From an uncultured Candidatus Saccharibacteria bacterium (GTDB lineage Bacteria; Patescibacteriota; Minisyncoccia; UBA6257; WO2-44-18), in assembly GCA_964637575.1 (NCBI GenBank), contig CAZWVU010000002.1, forward strand, positions 18,824 through 82,823: 64,000 nucleotides of DNA, written 5' to 3'. The notes under the pieces were generated by a model. It was not told the origin of the DNA. It did not search any database and saw only the letters and a program-made list of their open reading frames with translations. Of the stretch, positions 56,106-64,000 are shown piece by piece. The position numbers and the translations under genes are program-made. Within the stretch, counting starts at the first letter, position 1. Each line of letters opens with the position of its first letter.

Positions 56106-57149
56106 CTAGAGGTATTGGGTCAAGGCGAAAATCGCTAGTCCGAGCGCTGAAAAAATCACGGAAATAATCCAGAACCGCATCGTGACTTTCGATTCCGGCC
56201 AGCCGAGCGCTTCAAAATGATGGTGAATCGGGGTCGAAATAAAAATCTTCTTGCCGCGGAACTTTTTGCTGATGAGCTGAATGATGACTGAAAATGACTC
56301 AATTACCAGAATCGGCGCGAACAACGGCAGAAGAAGGGTGGTGTTGGTAAGCATGGAGATTACTCCCATGGTGATGCCGAGCGACATGGAGCCGGTGTCC
56401 CCCATAAAAAACCGGGCCGGATAAATGTTGAACCATAAGAAGGCCAGCATCGCCCCGATCGTCACCCCGCCGAACGTGGCGAGATGATAGCGGTGCAGGA
56501 CAAAGGCCACCACCGTAAGCGCGATGTAGGCAAAAAGCATCACGCCGCCGAGCAGCCCGTCGAGGCCGTCGGTTTCATTCGCGGAAAAGGCGCTCGCGAC
56601 GATGATGAAAATAAACAGCGGAATGTACCACCAGCCGATCGTCACGTTGCCCACGAAAGGCACGGAGAGCACGTCCCACTGAAGCCGGTAATAAAACCAG
56701 AAGGCCGCGATCACCGCAAATAAAAGATACATCACCAGCTTCTGACTTATCCGCAGTCCGCCGCCATTGGGACCGATCCGCAACACTCCCAGAAAGTCGT
56801 CGGCCAGGCCGAGCAGGGCGGCGAGCAGCATCGCCGCGAGCGGCAGATAGGTCTGGGCGCGGTCAAGAAAGCTCAGGTAGCCCCAGAACCCGTCGAAGAG
56901 CCAGCTCAAAAGTGCGAGGAGGAGCGCGATGCCGATGACCGTCGCCCAGATGATGATGCCGCCCATCGTGGGCGTGCCTTCTTTTTTCGCGTGCAACTGA
57001 GAAAACACCGGCGCCGAATCGCTGGTGCGGATCTGTTTTTTTATGCCGAACCGGAATAAAAGTTTCGTGACCAGCGGCGTAATAAAAATCGCCGTGGAAA
57101 AGGCAATAATAGAAAGCCCGATGATTCTAACGGCCTGTAAAACGATCAT
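56106..57149 (-). CDS. mraY: Phospho-MurNAc-pentapeptide transferase
   Basis: KEGTPTMGG, DD, NETDGLDGL, FMGDTGS, PIHHHFE. Confidence 0.98.
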   Translation of the reverse strand: MIVLQAVRIIGLSIIAFSTAIFITPLVTKLLFRFGIKKQIRTSDSAPVFSQLHAKKEGTPTMGGIIIWATVIGIALLLALLSWLFDGFWGYLSFLDRAQTYLPLAAMLLAALLGLADDFLGVLRIGPNGGGLRISQKLVMYLLFAVIAAFWFYYRLQWDVLSVPFVGNVTIGWWYIPLFIFIIVASAFSANETDGLDGLLGGVMLFAYIALTVVAFVLHRYHLATFGGVTIGAMLAFLWFNIYPARFFMGDTGSMSLGITMGVISMLTNTTLLLPLFAPILVIESFSVIIQLISKKFRGKKIFISTPIHHHFEALGWPESKVTMRFWIISVIFSALGLAIFALTQYL

Positions 57150-58017
57150 AAAGAAGCTTGGTGTCTTTGGCCCGGTCGTCGCTGCCGAGCACGATAATCA
57201 AAAGCGGCCGGTTCTGGTAACGAAATAATGATATCAGATTGCCGCTTGCCTCATCAATAAAACCGGTCTTGCCGCCGATGAAATTCTCCTGTTTCGCGAA
57301 TGGATGGATGTTGCCTTCGCGCTCGCGCGTGATCGCGAAAATGTCGGGATGATGATTGAAAATGTAGATCACCAGTTTTTCCAGATCGCTCGCCATCGAC
57401 TGATTGAGCGCGGAAAGCCCGCTCGGGTCAAAGTAGCGCGTATTGTACATGCCCAGCGACACCGCTTTCTGATTCATCATTTCAATGAATTCTTCCCGTC
57501 CCCCGTATTCCGCGAGCGCTTCGGCCGCGTCATTGCTGGAAACTTTGAGGAGCGCATGCAGCAGTTCGTCCCGGCTGTAGATTTTTCCCGCCACCAGATT
57601 TCCCGCGGCACCTTCGGTGTCCACCGCGCGCTGGCTGACCCGGATGCTGCCGTGCTCGTTGATCGTTTCCGCCGCGATCACCGCGGTCATTAATTTTGTC
57701 AGCGAGGCGACCGGCCACTGCTGATTGGGATTATTCGAAAAAAGCGTTTCGTTGTTGTCGATATAAAGAACCGCCGCGGACGACGCGGTGATTGCCGGCG
57801 GCGTTTCCGGTAAGGAAGCCTCGCCGGCCGGCTTCCCGACAACCGGCGCGATCTCCGCGAGCTGGCGGACCTGGGCGCTCGCGACAATACTCGTCTGCTC
57901 GGGCCGGTCGGTATAGACAACTTCATCGGAACTTCCTCGCCGCGCGTTGCCAATTAAAACCGAAACCAGCACGACCAGCGAAAAAACCAGGCTGTATACT
58001 TTATTCTGGTCGAACAT
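57127..58017 (-). CDS. D-Ala-D-Ala carboxypeptidase (S11)
   Basis: SLTK, SSN and KTG motifs. Confidence 0.9.
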   Translation of the reverse strand: MFDQNKVYSLVFSLVVLVSVLIGNARRGSSDEVVYTDRPEQTSIVASAQVRQLAEIAPVVGKPAGEASLPETPPAITASSAAVLYIDNNETLFSNNPNQQWPVASLTKLMTAVIAAETINEHGSIRVSQRAVDTEGAAGNLVAGKIYSRDELLHALLKVSSNDAAEALAEYGGREEFIEMMNQKAVSLGMYNTRYFDPSGLSALNQSMASDLEKLVIYIFNHHPDIFAITREREGNIHPFAKQENFIGGKTGFIDEASGNLISLFRYQNRPLLIIVLGSDDRAKDTKLLYDRFTGR

Positions 58018-58552
58018 CGGTGGGATTCCTTAATTGCTCGATAAGCTGGCGGAATTTTTCATATTCCGGCAGGACTTCCACATTAGCGATACCGAGATGC
58101 CGGACCAGATCCATGCTGGCGGTATACACGAACGCGTTGGCCCGCTTGGAATCCTGCGTCCGCTCAACCAATCCGCGGATGAGAAGATTCCGGAGCGTGA
58201 AACTGGAATTCACGCCGCGGATATATTCGATTTCGGCGCGGGAAATCGGTCCCGCATAGGTGACGATGGCGAGCGTTTCCAGCGCCGCCGGAGTGAGCGA
58301 TTCGTGGACCTCTTCCTTAATCACGGATTCCAGCAATCCCGAAAAGTCCGGCTTCGTGGTGAGCTGGATGCGGCCCTTGTCTTCGACAAGCGCCAGCCCC
58401 CGGTCTTCGCGCTTCAGCCGCTCGGAAAGCACCTTGACCGCCTCGTGGATTTCCGTCTCCCCCGCCTGTAAGGTCTTGGCGAGCTTCTTATAATCCATCG
58501 GCTCTCCATATATATAGAGGAGCGCCTCCAGCTTTCCGATAAGGTTATCCAT
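58001..58552 (-). CDS. scpB: Segregation/condensation protein B
   Basis: LEALLY..GEP, ALETLAIV.Y..PISRAEIEYIRGVNS. Confidence 0.96.
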   Translation of the reverse strand: MDNLIGKLEALLYIYGEPMDYKKLAKTLQAGETEIHEAVKVLSERLKREDRGLALVEDKGRIQLTTKPDFSGLLESVIKEEVHESLTPAALETLAIVTYAGPISRAEIEYIRGVNSSFTLRNLLIRGLVERTQDSKRANAFVYTASMDLVRHLGIANVEVLPEYEKFRQLIEQLRNPTDVRPE

Positions 58553-59267
58553 TGTTGGTTGTTGATTGTTCCACGGTAATGTCGCTGAACTGTTCGCCCT
58601 GATGCACATGCACCACCCGGTCTTTCAAAAGATGGAGAATGGCGAGGAAGAGCACGATCACTTCCTGACGGGATTTTTGCTGGGCCAGCGTGCGGAAACT
58701 GTGCTGGCCGGCGTCTTTAAATCTATTTAATAACTCTTCCATCTTTTCTTCAATAGAGACGACTGCCCGCTTCACTGTCTGGGTTTCCGGAATCAGCGCC
58801 TGCAGCGCCGCGGCAAGATTGTTGACCGCCCTTACCAGATCGCTCACCTTCAACTCCTTGGGCGGATAGAACACCGCCGAATCTCCCAACGAGGAAAGCA
58901 GTTGGCGGCCGTAGGAAATGCTGCTCTTATCCCAGATTTTTTTGAGATATTCGGCCGCTGTTTTGAATTCCCGGTAGATTTTCAGACGCCCCTCCAGGTC
59001 TTTGATGTCCTCCTCTTCTTCTTTCGTCAGCTCGAGCATCGGCAGAAGCACTTTTGATTTGATGAGCACGAGCTTCGCCGCCACCACAAGAAAATCTGCC
59101 ACCACTCCCGGCTCGCTCCGCTCCCCCATCTCCTTCACATACCGGAGAAAATCGCCGGTCACTTCGGCAAGACTGATCTGGGTAATTTCCAGCTTTTTCT
59201 CCTCGATCAGTTCGAGCAATTTTCCGAGTGGACCGGTAAATTTTTCTGTTTTGACTTCGTAGGCCAT
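58545..59267 (-). CDS. scpA: Segregation/condensation protein A
   Basis: FTGPL..LL.LI, AAKLVLIKS, FLAILHL, Q...FSDI. Confidence 0.96.
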   Translation of the reverse strand: MAYEVKTEKFTGPLGKLLELIEEKKLEITQISLAEVTGDFLRYVKEMGERSEPGVVADFLVVAAKLVLIKSKVLLPMLELTKEEEEDIKDLEGRLKIYREFKTAAEYLKKIWDKSSISYGRQLLSSLGDSAVFYPPKELKVSDLVRAVNNLAAALQALIPETQTVKRAVVSIEEKMEELLNRFKDAGQHSFRTLAQQKSRQEVIVLFLAILHLLKDRVVHVHQGEQFSDITVEQSTTNNG

Positions 59268-59268
59268 A

Positions 59269-60462
59269 TTATTGCTGCGCAGCGGGTTCCGGCTTCAGCG
59301 CGTCTTTGGTGTACACGTTGGAAGGATTCCAGATCATCCAGCCGCCGTAAAATTCCGGAGTATTCGAGGCGGCGTCATCCCACGCCTGGATTTCCGCCCG
59401 GACCTTGGCAGCATCGTACGTCGCGCCCAGACTAAAATCCTGAATCCACGGCCGGAGCTTCGCCATGGGAGTGGTGGACGCGATAATACTCAACTGTTTT
59501 TCCCGAGCCACCGCGTGATCCATTGAATACCGGATCACTTGATAAGGCGCCAGCGCCGGGTTCTGGTAACCGATAAATCCCGCCGCGTAATGCGATGGGT
59601 AGACCATCGGCGCCACCGCGTCGAAATTCGGCAGGGCGTATTCAAGTTCCTGGCCGATCCCTAACCCGTCGTGGTTCACGGTGGTAAGTCCGAAGATATC
59701 GGCAGAAATTTTCCCATCCGGAACCTGGCGGCGGAGATACGACCAGAAATCCCGGATGATGCTCACCTTCAGTGTTTTCTCGTCCCAGAGGGGAAATCTG
59801 ATATCGGTCAATTTCCCGTCGGAAGCGAACCGGACATAATCAAAATTCGCCTCATCGAATCCCCGCGCGAGAATTTCTTTCGCGACCGAAATATTGTAAT
59901 TCCAGACTTCCGGAGACGAAGGATCCATCCACATCAGTCCTTTCTGGTCTTTCCAGGTTTTGCCCGTCGAAGACGCGATCAGGGCAAGGTCCGGACGCGC
60001 GAGCGCCAGACGCGTATCCTGGAATGTGGAAATGCGGCCGATCACGTAAATATTGTTGTCATGCAGCCGCTTGATGAGCGCGTTCAATTTGGGAATGCGC
60101 AGCTCCACCGCGTTATACTTTTTCGGCAACTCCAGATCGGTGTTGTAGGCAATATAGCCGGAGTAATCTTTGACGTCGATCACGATGGCATTGAGCTCGG
60201 TATCATTGATGAGCTTGATTAAATACCCCAGTTTCTTTTCGCTGCTCACCGCCCAGCTCGTCGCGTAGATCGCCTTGATCACTGTGGGCGGGTTGGCCAG
60301 ATGCGGCTGGGGCGGAAGATCGGCATTGACGGGAAGCGCCGCCGCGACAGTATTGGTGGCGTTTCCCGCATGGTTGATGACAATCGAATTTTGCGCGAAC
60401 AAAAAAATTCCCGCGCCTACGGATGCCAGACCCAGAAATAACAAAGAAACTTTAAACCCCAT
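59269..60462 (-). CDS. Putative glycoside hydrolase (DUF4015-like), membrane-anchored; start uncertain
   Basis: NAIVIDVKD, FDE.NFDYVRF, PMVYPSHY, RPWIQDF. Confidence 0.8.
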   Translation of the reverse strand: MGFKVSLLFLGLASVGAGIFLFAQNSIVINHAGNATNTVAAALPVNADLPPQPHLANPPTVIKAIYATSWAVSSEKKLGYLIKLINDTELNAIVIDVKDYSGYIAYNTDLELPKKYNAVELRIPKLNALIKRLHDNNIYVIGRISTFQDTRLALARPDLALIASSTGKTWKDQKGLMWMDPSSPEVWNYNISVAKEILARGFDEANFDYVRFASDGKLTDIRFPLWDEKTLKVSIIRDFWSYLRRQVPDGKISADIFGLTTVNHDGLGIGQELEYALPNFDAVAPMVYPSHYAAGFIGYQNPALAPYQVIRYSMDHAVAREKQLSIIASTTPMAKLRPWIQDFSLGATYDAAKVRAEIQAWDDAASNTPEFYGGWMIWNPSNVYTKDALKPEPAAQQ

Positions 60463-60634
60463 TCGCTTCAATTCTTTTATGGTACGACTAATATGTGTTT
60501 TCTCCAAGACATCCGGGAACGATCCATTGACTTTTAGACTTATTTATCTTAATATTCAGGCAGAACTTTTTCGCAAACTCTGGGAAGAGAGGCCAGAGAG
60601 AAAATAAAGGTGGGTAAGAGCAGAGGGTTCGCAT

Positions 60635-61120
60635 ATGAGCCGCACCGTGAGAATTCGCGCGACCAGGAAAAACGGCGAGGGATTGGACTGCGTGCTCCTG
60701 GTGTTGGAAACCGGCGAGCACAAAACGATCAATCCAAACTTCAGTTTCGACAAGGGCGCGGGCTGGGGTCTTCCCGGCGGACGAGTCCAGCCCGGAGAAG
60801 ACATCTGGAATGCCGCGATCCGGGAATTCAAGGAAGAAACGGGATTGCCAGGAGAAACGATTATTCCTCCCGACCCGGCGGCGCGCATCAAGCACACGGA
60901 AAGCCATGTCATCCTGCTTTTCGAAGCCAAGGATCCGGATGGCGCGCTTCTCCCCCAGGATCCGGCGATCGTCCGCGCGGAATGGGTTCCGCTGGCGTAT
61001 CTGATTCCCGACGAGGACGGCAGAATCCAGCCGATCCCCCACAACGGGAAAGAGTATCCGGTGTATGCGATGCACCAGCCGATGATCCTTCTCAATTTTT
61101 CAAACGTGACCCTGGTCTGA
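60635..61120 (+). CDS. NUDIX hydrolase
   Basis: GG.VQPGE....AAIREFKEETG. Confidence 0.9.
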   Translation: MSRTVRIRATRKNGEGLDCVLLVLETGEHKTINPNFSFDKGAGWGLPGGRVQPGEDIWNAAIREFKEETGLPGETIIPPDPAARIKHTESHVILLFEAKDPDGALLPQDPAIVRAEWVPLAYLIPDEDGRIQPIPHNGKEYPVYAMHQPMILLNFSNVTLV

Positions 61121-61153
61121 CCAGGGTCTTTTTTATGCTAGAATACTATTTAT

Positions 61154-62254
61154 ATGAGTCTGGCACTTTACCGGAAATACCGGCCGAAAAGCTTTGAAGA
61201 GCTGATCGGACAGGAAGAAATTTCCCGCGTGCTCCGCAATGCTGCCAAGCTCGGCAAGCTCGCGCACGCGTATCTCTTTTTCGGCCCACGCGGCACCGGC
61301 AAAACAACGATCGCCCGTCTGGTAGCGAAAGTCGCCAATTGCCTGAAGCCTAAGAACGGCGAGCCCTGCAATGCCTGCGCTCACTGCGAAGAAATCGACG
61401 CCGGCCGGGCGCTCGACGTGGTGGAAATCGACGCAGCCTCCAACCGCGGCATTGATGATGTCCGCGCACTCCGCGAAGGCGCCCGCGTCGCCCCGTCGTC
61501 CTATCCCTACAAGATATTTATCCTGGATGAAGCGCACATGCTTTCCCGCGACGCGGCCAACGCGCTGCTGAAGACACTGGAAGAACCGCCGGCCCACGCG
61601 ATTCTGATCCTTGCCACCACGGAACTGGAAAAAATCCCGGCCACCATCACGTCCCGCTGCCAGCGTTTCCGTTTCAAAAAAATCGCCATTGACGCCATTG
61701 TCAAAAAACTGGAGACGGTAGCCGTCGCGGAAAAAATAAAAATCAGCGGGGACGCCCTGGAATTGATCGCCGCCTCAGCCGACGGCAGCGTGCGCGACGC
61801 CGAATCGCTCCTCGGCCAGATCACCTCCCTTGCCGGCGCGGTAACTATTGAAAGCGTGGAAAAAATCATCGGCAAGGTCGGCCAGGCCCGCACCGCCGAA
61901 TTTTCCGGACTCCTGCTCGCGGGTGATCTGAGCGCATCGCTGAAATATCTTTCCGAGCTGGAAACCGGCGGCCACAATCTCGTGGATTTCAACAAAGAAC
62001 TGATCCACTACTGGCGGCGCCTGCTGTCGCTCAAATTTGATCCCACGCTGGAAAAAATTTACACCGCCGAACTCACTAAAAAGGAACTGGAGACGATGAA
62101 ACAACAGGGCGCGCTCGTGGATCCCAAAAAACATCTCAATCTCGTGAAGTCCCTCATCCGTGCGTACAGCGAAATGCGCTACTCCCCCTTCGCCATCGTT
62201 CCGCTTGAAGTGGCGATCATTGAGAATCTCCAACCCGAAGAAAAAAGGAAGTAA
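61154..62254 (+). CDS. dnaX: DNA polymerase III gamma/tau (short form)
   Basis: YRKYRP, GPRGTGKTT, EIDAASN, DEAHML, SRC. Confidence 0.97.
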   Translation: MSLALYRKYRPKSFEELIGQEEISRVLRNAAKLGKLAHAYLFFGPRGTGKTTIARLVAKVANCLKPKNGEPCNACAHCEEIDAGRALDVVEIDAASNRGIDDVRALREGARVAPSSYPYKIFILDEAHMLSRDAANALLKTLEEPPAHAILILATTELEKIPATITSRCQRFRFKKIAIDAIVKKLETVAVAEKIKISGDALELIAASADGSVRDAESLLGQITSLAGAVTIESVEKIIGKVGQARTAEFSGLLLAGDLSASLKYLSELETGGHNLVDFNKELIHYWRRLLSLKFDPTLEKIYTAELTKKELETMKQQGALVDPKKHLNLVKSLIRAYSEMRYSPFAIVPLEVAIIENLQPEEKRK

Positions 62255-63153
62255 TGGCGCTTTTCTTATTCGCACTTCTAAACCCGATTTTCCATTCCTG
62301 GGCGAATGTGGTGGATAATTATCTCAGCAACCGTCTGTTCCGCAATATCAGCTCAGTAATTTTTTACGGCATCATCATTGGCCCGTTCCTTCTGCCAGTG
62401 CTGTTTTTGTTTGAAATTCCGTCCCTGCCCCCGGTATGGATCTGGCCGGCGTTTCTCATCGTCGGCCTCACGGAGATTGGCTATCTGTTCCCTTATTACA
62501 AAGCGCTCCAATATGAGGACACCGCGGTGGTCAGTTCGCTTTTCTCTATCGGCAAAATATTTATTCCGGTACTCGCTCACTTTGTCGTCGGCGAAACACT
62601 CAGCGCCACGCGATACATCGGTTTTTTCACCATCGTCTTAAGCAGTACGCTGGTCTCGCTGAACGGCCGCCGGGGGAGGCTCCGTCTGAACAAATCGTTT
62701 TTCTATATGGTAGTCGCTTCACTCATCGGCACCGTGGACTGGGTAGCGTACAAATATCTCCTCAATACCGTCAGTTGGTCGACGGCATATATCGGCACAT
62801 CACTTGCTACCGTCATCCTTCTGCTCGTATTCGTCTTCCTTTTCTCCACCGTGAGAAAAAATATTGCCGCCGATTTCCCTGCCTTCCGGAAAAATTTCTG
62901 GTGGCTCAGCTTGGAAGATGTTCTGTCCATGGCGGGATCGGTCGTTGCTATCTACGCCCTGTCCAGGGCGCCGGTCACGCTGATCACCGGAATTGTTTCC
63001 ATCCAGCCAATCTTTGTCCTTCTCAACGCGGTTCTCTTTTCGAAACTTTCACCGAATGGTATGTTTCACGAAAAAATTGATGGCGTCAGTATTTTTAAGA
63101 AGACACTGCTCTTCGCGCTCACCGGTTTTGGTCTGTACTTAGTAATGAGATAG
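62254..63153 (+). CDS. EamA/DMT family transporter
   Basis: About 10 TMs, two-repeat pattern (YKAL..., GETLS, QPIFV). Confidence 0.75.
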   Translation: MALFLFALLNPIFHSWANVVDNYLSNRLFRNISSVIFYGIIIGPFLLPVLFLFEIPSLPPVWIWPAFLIVGLTEIGYLFPYYKALQYEDTAVVSSLFSIGKIFIPVLAHFVVGETLSATRYIGFFTIVLSSTLVSLNGRRGRLRLNKSFFYMVVASLIGTVDWVAYKYLLNTVSWSTAYIGTSLATVILLLVFVFLFSTVRKNIAADFPAFRKNFWWLSLEDVLSMAGSVVAIYALSRAPVTLITGIVSIQPIFVLLNAVLFSKLSPNGMFHEKIDGVSIFKKTLLFALTGFGLYLVMR

Positions 63154-63169
63154 TGATACTATTTTTCAT

Positions 63170-64000
63170 ATGAAAACTTCAAAATATTTAGGTTCGGTCC
63201 TGCTTTCGGTCGCGTTATTGTCGTTCAACTTAGGCACTCCAATCGTCCTCGCGGATAACGGCGGTCATGCCGCAGTCTGCGCGCCGGGCAATAAAGATGA
63301 AGCGCACTGCCACGCACGCGTCGTTACCGACAAAGGCGGCGGCCCGGCGGTTTCTTCCGTGCCGAGCGGCTTTTCGCCGGCACAGCTGCATAACGCGTAC
63401 GCTTCAGCGGTCAATGCTCCGGTCAATCAGGTCATTGCCATCGTCGATGCCTATGATCACCTGAGTATTTTGAGCGATCTCAATACCTATAGTTCTACCT
63501 ATGGCATTCCGGGCTTGCCGGCCTGCTCCGGCCCCGCCGCCTCTTCCCCGACGCCCTGCTTCCAGAAAGTAAATCAACTGGGCGGCACGAGCTATCCTTC
63601 CGCCAACGCCGGCTGGGCGCTGGAAATCGCGCTGGACGTGGAAGTCGCGCACGCGATGTGCCAGAACTGCAGTATTCTTCTCGTGGAAGCAAATTCCAAC
63701 TCCTTTGGCGATCTCATGGCGGCGGAAGACCGGGCCGTGACGCTCGGAGCGAATGAAATTTCCAATTCCTACGGCGCCTCCGAGTTCTCCGGCGAAACCG
63801 GCTACGACGCGCATTTCAATCATCCGGGCGTGGCCATCACCGCGAGCTCCGGCGACAGCGGCTACGGCCCGCAGTACCCGGCGGCATCGCAATACGTGAC
63901 GGCAGTCGGCGGCACCAGCTTGTATCTCAACGCTGACAACTCTTATAACCACGAAAACGCCTGGGGCGGCGCCGGCAGCGGTTGCAGTTCGTTTGAAATC
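63170..64000 (+). CDS. Secreted S53/S8 subtilase-like peptidase, 3' truncated by window edge
   Basis: Hand-read frame: signal peptide, IAIVDA, EIALDVE, ISNSYG, SSGDSG, YPAAS..VTAVGGT. Confidence 0.85.
   Translation, partial: MKTSKYLGSVLLSVALLSFNLGTPIVLADNGGHAAVCAPGNKDEAHCHARVVTDKGGGPAVSSVPSGFSPAQLHNAYASAVNAPVNQVIAIVDAYDHLSILSDLNTYSSTYGIPGLPACSGPAASSPTPCFQKVNQLGGTSYPSANAGWALEIALDVEVAHAMCQNCSILLVEANSNSFGDLMAAEDRAVTLGANEISNSYGASEFSGETGYDAHFNHPGVAITASSGDSGYGPQYPAASQYVTAVGGTSLYLNADNSYNHENAWGGAGSGCSSFEI

Overview
Core-chromosome segment of a Patescibacteria/CPR bacterium, probably Parcubacteria. Support: uL30 is missing between uS5 and uL15, and CPR-typical Sm-like and VirB4/HerA-like proteins are present; standard code 11. 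It holds the str-S10-spc ribosomal cluster (rpsL..secY, adk, map), peptidoglycan/division genes (murC, alr, murG, ftsW, mraY, D-Ala-D-Ala peptidase, FtsQ-like), serS/lysS/gltX, greA, scpAB and dnaX. About 15 accessory genes are scattered singly among these. Most interesting points: (i) at 55.7-56.1 kb, two fully overlapping same-strand reading frames share one Shine-Dalgarno, and each appears to carry the complementary half of a YdjM-like metal-binding motif set; (ii) a thiolase/FadB/FadE beta-oxidation trio, unexpected in a CPR cell; (iii) accessory genes carry strong SD sequences while core genes are SD-less or leaderless, and several promoters are built into terminator hairpins; (iv) two families of dispersed structured intergenic elements and a divergent pair of candidate sRNAs; (v) an internally deleted uL3 and an EF-Tu with a Planctomycete-like switch I loop. 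No rRNA, tRNA, CRISPR array or transposase was recognised. All calls come from reading motifs by eye; no database search was run.
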